Positions 1 to 7,707 of a stretch of 64,000 nt of DNA are shown piece after piece. The translations under genes and the position numbers were made by a program. The DNA is from a virus. The stretch lies in IMG/VR virus record IMGVR_UViG_3300033182_000991, positions 1-64,000 of that record; one strand, given 5' to 3'. The stretch's first letter is position 1; the number at the start of each line of letters is the position of its first letter. The notes under the pieces were generated by a model. The model was not told the origin of the DNA. It ran no database searches and was given only the letters and a program-made list of their open reading frames with translations.

Positions 1-169
1 TTATGCGATTGTTGATGAAGTTGAAAACCTCAACAATATTAAAAATGCGTTGGATAGTAAAAAATTCAAAGACCTTATGGAACTGTGTGCGGTTGGTCAG
101 TTGACGGTAAACCATAAAGTTGTTGCAAAGTTCAAAAAAGACTTTTGGAGAGAGTTTATCAATGAATAG
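1..169 (+). CDS. 3' end of a gene running in from the left edge; possibly the C-terminal (target-recognition) part of an adenine DNA methyltransferase
   Basis: Open frame from base 2: YAIVDEVENLNNIKNALDSKKFKDLM...FKKDFWREFINE*; stop overlaps next ATG at 162. Confidence 0.45.
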   Translation, partial: YAIVDEVENLNNIKNALDSKKFKDLMELCAVGQLTVNHKVVAKFKKDFWREFINE

Positions 170-626
170 TTACATTGAACATAGTAGAAATAGAGAATAC
201 ATGTCAGGCGTTGAGCGTGACAAACTTCGAATAAAACAAACTGCCGAAGTTTTCACACCAACAGAACTGGTTCAAGAGATGTTAGATAAGCTTGAAGAAC
301 AAGACCCAACATTATTCTCAGACCCTAATAAGACCTTCTTAGACAACTCCTGTGGTGATGGACAGTTCTTATCTGAGGTTGTTATCCGAAAGATGGAGAA
401 GAGTGGTTGTTCATTAGAACAGGCATTAAGAACCACCTACGGTGTTGAACTGATGGAGGATAATGTTATTGAATGTAGAAAAAGATTAGCGGGACCAAAT
501 CCCACACCGGAAATATTACAAATTGTTGAATCCAATATTGTCTGTCACGACGCTTTAACCTATGACTATTCTTTTGAATCGGTTAAAAAAAAAGTAACGA
601 CTGACGGACAATATGAAATGTTCTAA
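162..626 (+). CDS. SAM-binding half of an N6-adenine DNA methyltransferase (Eco57I/N-6 type), no NPPY motif
   Basis: EVFTP, FLDNSCGDGQFL (motif I), YGVEL..DNV, NIVCHDAL then stops; ATG at 162 preferred over TTG at 120. Confidence 0.75.
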   Translation: MNSYIEHSRNREYMSGVERDKLRIKQTAEVFTPTELVQEMLDKLEEQDPTLFSDPNKTFLDNSCGDGQFLSEVVIRKMEKSGCSLEQALRTTYGVELMEDNVIECRKRLAGPNPTPEILQIVESNIVCHDALTYDYSFESVKKKVTTDGQYEMF

Positions 627-629
627 AAA

Positions 630-1169
630 ATGACAACAGAAGAACTTACTTACAAACAGCGTGGAACGGATAACTACTACCCACCATTAAACTACTACAC
701 AATGGAAGATGGAACGGCCATCGCTATCTATCAAGGATTCCGTGGAGAAAACCCTGACTTAGACTTCATTGTAAAATATAGAGAACCGGGTAAGAGGTTG
801 AGAACTCCATCTCACACTCACTGGATTGTAGACCTATTGGTCAAAGCAGAATACAACAAAGGGTTGGTAAGAGGTTTCGTTTACAACATGTTGGAGAAAT
901 ATGATGAAATGGACCCATTTCAGACTGTTGAGGAGAGAGATGGTTACCAGTTAGAAGTAAAGAACCAATTGGATTCTGTCTATGACGAGTTGAATGGTCA
1001 TGGTTACTATAACATGGATACATTGACTGCCTTTATTGAGTTGTTCACTCGTTGCGAGAAACAAACCACAGGTGCGTTCATGTTCAAGACATTGATGGAG
1101 TTGGTTAAAGATTACTGTGACGATAAAAAAGATTTCTACCAAGTTGTAGGATATTCCAAAAGAGTGTAA
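630..1169 (+). CDS. hypothetical protein
   Basis: 179-aa ORF tightly packed between neighbours. Confidence 0.7.
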   Translation: MTTEELTYKQRGTDNYYPPLNYYTMEDGTAIAIYQGFRGENPDLDFIVKYREPGKRLRTPSHTHWIVDLLVKAEYNKGLVRGFVYNMLEKYDEMDPFQTVEERDGYQLEVKNQLDSVYDELNGHGYYNMDTLTAFIELFTRCEKQTTGAFMFKTLMELVKDYCDDKKDFYQVVGYSKRV

Positions 1170-1558
1170 TGAAACTACGACCCCCATCTAAAATAGAGGT
1201 TAGGATGACTCCTGATAAGGGGTGGGGTGTTTTTGCCACGGAGTTTATTGGTGAAGGTGAGGTGATTGAAGAAACTCCTTTGGTTACCTTACCCATTGAT
1301 GTTGATAATCCCAATGAGGTGTTGGTGGACTATAGGTTCAACTGGCCGAGGGTGGAGAATCCTGATGAGTTGGTGTTGCCGATGGGTTATGGTTCAATGT
1401 ATAACCACAGTGAAGATTACAATGCGGTTTGGGAGGACCATCCTGAGTATAAGGCGTTTCAGTATGTTTCTATTAGGGACATCCAACCGGATGAAGAGAT
1501 TACTATATATTATGGTGATGATTTGTATTGGGAGTTTGGACGTAAAAGATTAACCTAA
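1169..1558 (+). CDS. SET-domain protein (putative lysine methyltransferase)
   Basis: KGWGVFA, GEVIEE, YNHSEDYNA, RDIQPDEEITIYYG = SET signature motifs. Confidence 0.9.
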   Translation: MKLRPPSKIEVRMTPDKGWGVFATEFIGEGEVIEETPLVTLPIDVDNPNEVLVDYRFNWPRVENPDELVLPMGYGSMYNHSEDYNAVWEDHPEYKAFQYVSIRDIQPDEEITIYYGDDLYWEFGRKRLT

Positions 1559-1588
1559 AAAGTTTTAGGATAATTCAAAAGAGTGTTG

Positions 1589-1596
1589 TATATTTG
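1589..1596 (+). promoter_or_regulatory. Bacteroidota-type -7 promoter element (TAnnTTTG)
   Basis: TATATTTG about 35 nt upstream of ATG 1631; same motif at 3088, 15272, 16207, 17662, 21854, 24743, 60690, 61617. Confidence 0.65.
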
Positions 1597-1630
1597 TGGT
1601 GTTGAAATAATAACATAAACCACAAGATAC

Positions 1631-2383
1631 ATGGAAGGATACGTATATATCGCAAGAATCATTGACCACGGAGGTAAATTTGTAAATGGGTACCACAAGA
1701 TTGGTCTATCAAAACAATACAAAGTTAGAGAAACTCAGTTGAATTCAACGCACTTACCGTTTGATGTGTTGATGACTCGTGTATTTGAGACTGAGGACAT
1801 GAAACAATTGGAAGGTCTCCTCCATTTATGTTTTGAAGATTACCGTGTGGTTAAAGAATATGATTACCGTAGAAATATAACTACTGAGTGGTTTGATGTG
1901 GGTGACATTGACATTTTTAATGATAGGGTTGATAAGTTTGTTGATTTGATGTCAATTAATGAATTAAATTTATCAGATAGCGTAGATAATGATACTACTA
2001 TGACTCAGGATGAAAAAAATCAGACGAAAGAAAGAATCGGTAAGGCAAAAGCTTCAAAAATTGTATTGAATATTGATGGTATGGAGTATAAAGATGATAC
2101 ACAGAGAAACTTGATGTCAATCGCTTATAAATATATTTGTGATACTGTGGGACACCAAGAAGTTGCGGATTTTGACCGTTTGGTTAGTGTGGATATCAAT
2201 AATTTTCGTAAGTACCTTGACACGTATAATCCAAATAAACAATTGAGAGATTCGTCGGCAATCAAAGACTTAGAGGGTTCTTATTTATGGACTGTTGTAG
2301 ATGCTAAGACTAAGGTAAAGCATATTAAAAAATTATGTGAAAGATTTCAAATTGAAAATTTGAGTTTTGAAATTGTCGAATAA
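1631..2383 (+). CDS. GIY-YIG-like (T5orf172/MUG113) domain protein
   Basis: GYVYI..HKIGLS..RETQLN..LEGLLH..TEWF. Confidence 0.75.
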   Translation: MEGYVYIARIIDHGGKFVNGYHKIGLSKQYKVRETQLNSTHLPFDVLMTRVFETEDMKQLEGLLHLCFEDYRVVKEYDYRRNITTEWFDVGDIDIFNDRVDKFVDLMSINELNLSDSVDNDTTMTQDEKNQTKERIGKAKASKIVLNIDGMEYKDDTQRNLMSIAYKYICDTVGHQEVADFDRLVSVDINNFRKYLDTYNPNKQLRDSSAIKDLEGSYLWTVVDAKTKVKHIKKLCERFQIENLSFEIVE

Positions 2384-2411
2384 AAAAACCCACCGTAATG
2401 GTGGGTTTCTT
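2383..2411. terminator. bidirectional intrinsic terminator
   Basis: aaaaaaacccacc-gtaat-ggtgggtttctt between convergent genes. Confidence 0.75.
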
Positions 2412-2429
2412 ATTTATATCATGGTTTGG

Positions 2430-3059
2430 TTAGAAGTCCATATTGTCGTAAGGTTCAATCAAACTTCTTTGTTTGAAACCTACACCACCAACGTATGATT
2501 CACCTGTTGGTAGTTTCTTAGCATAGTTCTCTAAAACTTTCATTGCTAACTTTCTATCGTATTCAACATCGTCCGTCTCAGGAATCATTCCGTCTATGTA
2601 GATAGAACCTCTGAATCTTCTCATTGGTCCGTCTGCTGACATGATGTCCGCAACGTCAGAATCGTCAAGGTCAAACATTGGGTCTTCAACAGGATACTTT
2701 CCTGGTTGTTCGTCCATATCTTCTTCCTCTTGTTCCATCATTGGTTCCATATCTTCAACATTGAAAAATGCCACGAATGGTTCACGGTCTTGGTCCATCT
2801 TCATAACGTATTCGTCAGATTCTCTTGATGGTTGAAGTAGTTCAGGGTTTTCACAGTGGAAGTCCACGTGAGCGGCGTAATCAGCCATTGTTACCACACC
2901 GTCACCATCAAGGTCAAAGTGTTGGTAAAGCTCTTCAGGAGAAATGATACCATCCTGATTTATATCAGCAGAATCCTCATTGATTTGGCCCAATTTTTGT
3001 TTTACAACCTTTTCAATCAATTCAGTCAATTGAGATTCTGTTAAAGAAATCTTTTTCAT
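2430..3059 (-). CDS. acidic EF-hand-containing protein, putative late/virion protein
   Basis: DINQDGIISPEE and DLDGDGVVTMADY loops; LTESQL N-terminus; TATTTAT upstream on - strand (3077-3083). Confidence 0.7.
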   Translation of the reverse strand: MKKISLTESQLTELIEKVVKQKLGQINEDSADINQDGIISPEELYQHFDLDGDGVVTMADYAAHVDFHCENPELLQPSRESDEYVMKMDQDREPFVAFFNVEDMEPMMEQEEEDMDEQPGKYPVEDPMFDLDDSDVADIMSADGPMRRFRGSIYIDGMIPETDDVEYDRKLAMKVLENYAKKLPTGESYVGGVGFKQRSLIEPYDNMDF

Positions 3060-3110
3060 ACTCTTTGTTTTTATAGATAAATATACTTACCTTTGGAAAA
3101 AATAAACGAT

Positions 3111-3689
3111 ATGTCAATAGAAAACAGTAACGAAACATACTTATTATTCGTGTTTGGAGACTTCACGAGTGATTATAAGGTTAAACAGGTCGGTAAGTCG
3201 GTTATCCTTGCCACCACCGATGAAACTATTAAATACATTTATGGTGCCTACCATATGATTATAAAGATTAATACAGACATCCCCTTTGATGAGTTTAAGA
3301 AATTCATCTATGAATCTTTGAAAGAGGATAAGTATGAATATTTCCTAATGCCGATGTCAGAGAAGACATCAGCGAAACTACCGAAAGACTTGGCGGACAA
3401 TCTCTTTGACTTAGAGAAAGACAACGAGAATGTAAAAATTATGATGAACATGCCTGAGATGGAAGTCAAACAGGATGATGAAGAGTTGGACCGCATCATT
3501 GAATATTTCACCAAAGAATTAGATTTCACCTTTGATATGGAGGAAGATGAGGAAGTTGACCCTATGTTGGTTGACAATTCTTTACCTTCAATGGATGATA
3601 TTTTGGATAAGTTGGTGGAGAATGGACCAGATTCCTTAACTTTGGACGAGCGTAGACTACTTGACCGTTATGCAAATGAATATAAATAA
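3111..3689 (+). CDS. hypothetical protein with C-terminal DUF6576-like helix pair
   Basis: C-term MDDILDKLVENGPDSLTLDERRLLD; TACCTTTG promoter at 3088. Confidence 0.6.
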   Translation: MSIENSNETYLLFVFGDFTSDYKVKQVGKSVILATTDETIKYIYGAYHMIIKINTDIPFDEFKKFIYESLKEDKYEYFLMPMSEKTSAKLPKDLADNLFDLEKDNENVKIMMNMPEMEVKQDDEELDRIIEYFTKELDFTFDMEEDEEVDPMLVDNSLPSMDDILDKLVENGPDSLTLDERRLLDRYANEYK

Positions 3690-3711
3690 TAATATAGAAA
3701 ACGAAAAATTT

Positions 3712-4497
3712 ATGAGTTCACCATTGAACCAAGAGGAGATTCAAATGTATCTCTCTGACATTAGAAAGATTAAAGTGATGACCCCTGAACGTGAGAAGGA
3801 ACTATCGGACATGATTTGTTCTGACGATATCACTGAAGCTCAGCGTGATGCTATCCATCAGGAGTTGTTGCAAGGAAACCTACGTTTCGTTATTACGGTG
3901 GCGAAGCAATATCAGAATCAGGGTCTACCATTGGGTGACTTGATTGCTGAGGGGAACCTGGGTCTTATGAAAGCCATCAAAAACTTTGATTGGACGAAGA
4001 AGTTACGTTTCATTAGTTATGCGGTGTGGTGGATTAAACAATCTATCATCCAAAGTTTGAACGAGAACTCTCGTACCATCCGTCTACCTGTTAATGTTGT
4101 TCAGGAGATGCATCGTGCAAAGAAGGAAGCTCAGAAGACTAATAAGGAGTTGGACGAGAAGTTCACCACCCTTCCAAAGGTCATTGATTTGGATATGAAC
4201 ATCAATGAGGAAGGTGATACGTTGGTTGACTTGATTGAGAACACCAATGCTGTCCAACCTGATGAGGGTTTCAACACTGCGGACCTATTGAAGCAGAAGA
4301 TGATTGAGATTATGGATGTGTTGGATGAACGTGAGAAGTCAATCATTATGGATTATTTCGGAATGACTGGTGTCCCACGAACATTGGAAGATATCGGTAC
4401 CGATTTCAGTCTAACGAAGGAACGTGTCCGTCAAATCAAGGAGAAAGCACTCCGTAAACTACGTAATGAATCCTCAGATTTGTTTGATTACATGTAA
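3712..4497 (+). CDS. rpoD: sigma-70 family RNA polymerase sigma factor (Bacteroidota RpoD-like, no region 1.1)
   Basis: NLRFVITVAKQYQNQGL..DLIAEGNLGL, FISYAVWWIKQSI, SRTIRLP, TLEDIG..LTKERVRQIKEKALRKL. Confidence 0.92.
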   Translation: MSSPLNQEEIQMYLSDIRKIKVMTPEREKELSDMICSDDITEAQRDAIHQELLQGNLRFVITVAKQYQNQGLPLGDLIAEGNLGLMKAIKNFDWTKKLRFISYAVWWIKQSIIQSLNENSRTIRLPVNVVQEMHRAKKEAQKTNKELDEKFTTLPKVIDLDMNINEEGDTLVDLIENTNAVQPDEGFNTADLLKQKMIEIMDVLDEREKSIIMDYFGMTGVPRTLEDIGTDFSLTKERVRQIKEKALRKLRNESSDLFDYM

Positions 4498-4502
4498 TAA
4501 AC

Positions 4503-4509
4503 TATTTAT
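4503..4509 (+). promoter_or_regulatory. putative phage late promoter motif TATTTAT
   Basis: Recurs in short intergenic gaps ahead of starts: + 4503, 9886, 14373, 14971, 16250, 28669, 34847, 51703, 57405, 62427, 63069; - 3077, 14909, 50807, 51032, 59824. Confidence 0.6.
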
Positions 4510-4539
4510 AATAAGGTGGTATCGCCTAAATAGTTTATT

Positions 4540-5724
4540 ATGAAAGAGATTCAAAAAAGGATTTTTCCATTTATTATAGCGTTGTCAGCTCTATCTGTGA
4601 GTTTGTCAGCAGCATTCTACTCTGTAACGGGGCTCTCTAAGTTATTCGCGGGAGCCTCGTTTCAGGTTTTAATTATGGCATCTTCATTGGAGGTTGCTAA
4701 ATTGGTCATTGCATCCCTACTTTATCAGTACTGGGGTGAACTTAACAAAATTTTAAGAACCTATCTAAGTTTGGCTGCATTTGTCTTGGTGTTAATCACC
4801 TCTGCGGGTATCTATGGGTTCTTATCTGCTGCGTTCCAAGAGACTGCGGCATCTGCGGGTATTGTGGATAAGGAAGTTGAGTTGATTGACCTAAAGAAAG
4901 GACGTTTTGAGGAAAACCGTACATACTACCTATCTGAAAAAGAAGCGTTGGACCAAAGTATTTCTGACCTAAGAGCAGGTTTGGCAAACAACGTCATACA
5001 ATATAAAGATAAAGAAACAGGTCAGATTATTACGACCACATCATCATCAACAAGACGAGCGTTACAAGCAGAGTTGGAAGAAGCAGTTGAAAGTAGAAAC
5101 GAGATATCTCAGAAATTGGAGATTGTTACCGATTCTATCACATCATTAGAAATCAAACGATTGGATGTTCAAGCAAACTCAGAGGTTGCTGCGGAGTTGG
5201 GTCCATTGAAATATATCAGTGAACTTACCAACACACCTATGAGTAAGGTGGTAAACATCCTTATGTTGGTCATCATCTTTGTGTTTGACCCATTGGCAAT
5301 TTCATTGGTTATTGCTGCGAACTTTGCATTCAACCGTCTACGTAAAAAGGGTGACGAACCACAACCAAAGGTTAAAGAACCTGTCAATATGAATGATGAG
5401 TTCTCAGACTTATTAGATTTACAAGAGTCCAAGAAACAGAATTGGGCTGACGACTTACCTGAGGAAGTGTTGGATGAAATCTTAGCGGGAGAGATATTTG
5501 TGGTGGATAATGAAAAGGAACCTGAACCCATCAATCCTACTGATGAAGATATTGAAAAGCTCAAAGAACATTTAGAAAAGATTGAAAATTCTAAAAAAGA
5601 GGTTAGTATTGAAGAAACACCTGAGGAAACTCCCAAAGAGGAAGACTCAAAACCTCAGATAAAGACTTTGAGATACCAACCACGAAATGCAAACAGAAGT
5701 ACACGAATTGACAGGATTCAATAA
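4540..5724 (+). CDS. multi-pass membrane protein with long coiled coil and acidic tail
   Basis: Three N-terminal TM segments, coiled coil, further TM (IIFVFDPLAISLVIA), acidic C-term. Confidence 0.7.
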   Translation: MKEIQKRIFPFIIALSALSVSLSAAFYSVTGLSKLFAGASFQVLIMASSLEVAKLVIASLLYQYWGELNKILRTYLSLAAFVLVLITSAGIYGFLSAAFQETAASAGIVDKEVELIDLKKGRFEENRTYYLSEKEALDQSISDLRAGLANNVIQYKDKETGQIITTTSSSTRRALQAELEEAVESRNEISQKLEIVTDSITSLEIKRLDVQANSEVAAELGPLKYISELTNTPMSKVVNILMLVIIFVFDPLAISLVIAANFAFNRLRKKGDEPQPKVKEPVNMNDEFSDLLDLQESKKQNWADDLPEEVLDEILAGEIFVVDNEKEPEPINPTDEDIEKLKEHLEKIENSKKEVSIEETPEETPKEEDSKPQIKTLRYQPRNANRSTRIDRIQ

Positions 5725-6292
5725 TGTTGGACGCTGGAAAAACAAAAAACAAATCATATTGACCCACACCTCACGTGATGGTGCGGAGTATGTTACTTCA
5801 TTAAAAACACGACACAACGGCAAGTACATGAAAGTCCCTCACTATCTTATTAGAAAAGATGGTAGGGTCTTTCAATTGCTGGACCCTGAGATGTATTCAG
5901 ATTACCTGAAAGATTACAAAAATCAAAAACAAACAATCGTCATTACTTTGGAGAATTTGGGTTGGTTAAAGAAAAACCCATTAAACGCTTCTTACATTAA
6001 CTGGATTGGTAATATTTATAGTGAAGGAGTATACGAACGCAAGTGGAGGGGACACTTTTTTTGGGACCCTTATACTGACTCTCAGATGGACTCACTACAA
6101 CAATTGTGTGTTGATTTGTGTGAGAGGTTTGAAATTCCTAAGACCTGTATAGGTCATAATGTAAAGGTGGACAATGTTGAGTTCTACGAAGGTATAGTGA
6201 CAAGAAGTAATTATTCTTCCAATGCAACCGACTTGAGTCCAGCTTTTGACTATGAAGAGTTATTAAAAGTATTAGAGAATGAATCAGTATGA
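5687..6292 (+). CDS. N-acetylmuramoyl-L-alanine amidase (Amidase_2-like)
   Basis: IILTHT, PHYLIRKDGRVFQL, YTDSQMDSL, IGHN, DLSPAFD. Confidence 0.75.
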   Translation: MQTEVHELTGFNNVGRWKNKKQIILTHTSRDGAEYVTSLKTRHNGKYMKVPHYLIRKDGRVFQLLDPEMYSDYLKDYKNQKQTIVITLENLGWLKKNPLNASYINWIGNIYSEGVYERKWRGHFFWDPYTDSQMDSLQQLCVDLCERFEIPKTCIGHNVKVDNVEFYEGIVTRSNYSSNATDLSPAFDYEELLKVLENESV

Positions 6293-6881
6293 TGAATTAA
6301 AATCTTTATTGGAAGCATCAAGAAAGATGTTAGGTAAAGGTAATTTGAACGAATCAAGAGACACATTAAAGAGAATGGGTCTTATTAATGAGCAAGAGGA
6401 TGTGGTAACTGACTTATCAGATGAGCCGGTAGATATTGACGTAGATAGTGAAGAAGAGATTGATATTGAAACTACACCTGATGAGGATAAGAGTCAATCT
6501 TATAGAGTGTCTGGTGGCATCATCACTTTACACGGTAAAAACAAACAACAAATAGAATTGTCTTCTGAAGAGAAAATTGCATTCCAAGAAACCATGGATG
6601 ATTTCGTAGACCAAGTATCTGACTTATCAGATTTCGGAACATTACACATGTATCCAAACAATGTAGAGTGGAGTGGTAAGGTTATTGACTTTGACTTGGA
6701 GTTCTTCTATTCAATCGGTGAAAACAATGGTGTATACATCAACGGTGATATGATTAAGTTGGATGAGTCTTTAGTGGAGTTAATCAATAAGTTAACTTCT
6801 TACTACCAACAGTTCAAATCTAAATGGGCTAAGGTATTGGTATCAAGAAAGAAAACTAAAAACGTAGATACTGAAGAGTAA
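6279..6881 (+). CDS. hypothetical protein (acidic, putative virion)
   Basis: 200-aa ORF with overlapping start/stop coupling; LLE/LNE/INE motifs. Confidence 0.65.
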   Translation: MNQYDELKSLLEASRKMLGKGNLNESRDTLKRMGLINEQEDVVTDLSDEPVDIDVDSEEEIDIETTPDEDKSQSYRVSGGIITLHGKNKQQIELSSEEKIAFQETMDDFVDQVSDLSDFGTLHMYPNNVEWSGKVIDFDLEFFYSIGENNGVYINGDMIKLDESLVELINKLTSYYQQFKSKWAKVLVSRKKTKNVDTEE

Positions 6882-7459
6882 TGAAAAAGTACGTCAGTTC
6901 AATACAGAATCTATTAATCCTTATATTGGTTGTGTTGGTATTATTCCAAAGTCAGTGTAGTAGGAAACCTGATGTTGAACCTGAAGTAATCGTAACCATT
7001 GAAACAAAGTGGGATACCGTTAATGTTGTTCAAACGGAATATGTTCCCAAATGGAGAACAAGAGTGGTGACCGAACGTGTTGAGGTACCCTCAGACATTG
7101 ATACGATGTCTATCTTAAGAGACTATTACGCTAAGTATTATTACACTGACACCCTAACTTTAGATACGTTAGGATTTTTGGTTTTGAATGATACTATCTC
7201 TCAGAATAGTGTTATGAGTAGAAGTTTCGTTTCTGACATTTCTATTCCGACGACAACAATTACAAAAGAGATATACCTTAAAAAGAGAGAGTTCTATTGG
7301 GGTATGGGTCTAAGTGGAGACAAATCACAACTCAACTATTTGGGTGGTGAATTTATGTATAAGAATAAACAAAGAAATATGTTCGGAGTGGGTATGGGTG
7401 TAAACCAAGATTTACAACCAGTGGTATCAGGAAGAATGTATTGGAAAATAGGAAAATAA
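6881..7459 (+). CDS. membrane-anchored/lipoprotein, possible spanin-like lysis protein
   Basis: N-terminal hydrophobic stretch ending in QSQCS; beta-rich C-term; lies near amidase. Confidence 0.5.
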   Translation: MKKYVSSIQNLLILILVVLVLFQSQCSRKPDVEPEVIVTIETKWDTVNVVQTEYVPKWRTRVVTERVEVPSDIDTMSILRDYYAKYYYTDTLTLDTLGFLVLNDTISQNSVMSRSFVSDISIPTTTITKEIYLKKREFYWGMGLSGDKSQLNYLGGEFMYKNKQRNMFGVGMGVNQDLQPVVSGRMYWKIGK

Positions 7460-7707
7460 TGGCGTTATCAAATTCAGATAAGAAGGAGATTGAAGTGATG
7501 GTTAGAAAAGAAATTAAGAGTTTCTTAGATTCTAACACCTTAAAGCAGTTTGAGGACAAAATGATTCAAACCATTCAGAAGGAAATCCAAAGGGGTAAAC
7601 TTCAGGGTGATGTTAATGATATCGTTGTTAAGATAATGCGTGAATTCTATAAAATTATGTGGACTCGTAGAAGTTTCTGGGAACCAACACTTAAATCAGT
7701 GAAGTAA
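7459..7707 (+). CDS. hypothetical protein
   Basis: ATG overlapping previous stop (TAATG). Confidence 0.65.
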   Translation: MALSNSDKKEIEVMVRKEIKSFLDSNTLKQFEDKMIQTIQKEIQRGKLQGDVNDIVVKIMREFYKIMWTRRSFWEPTLKSVK

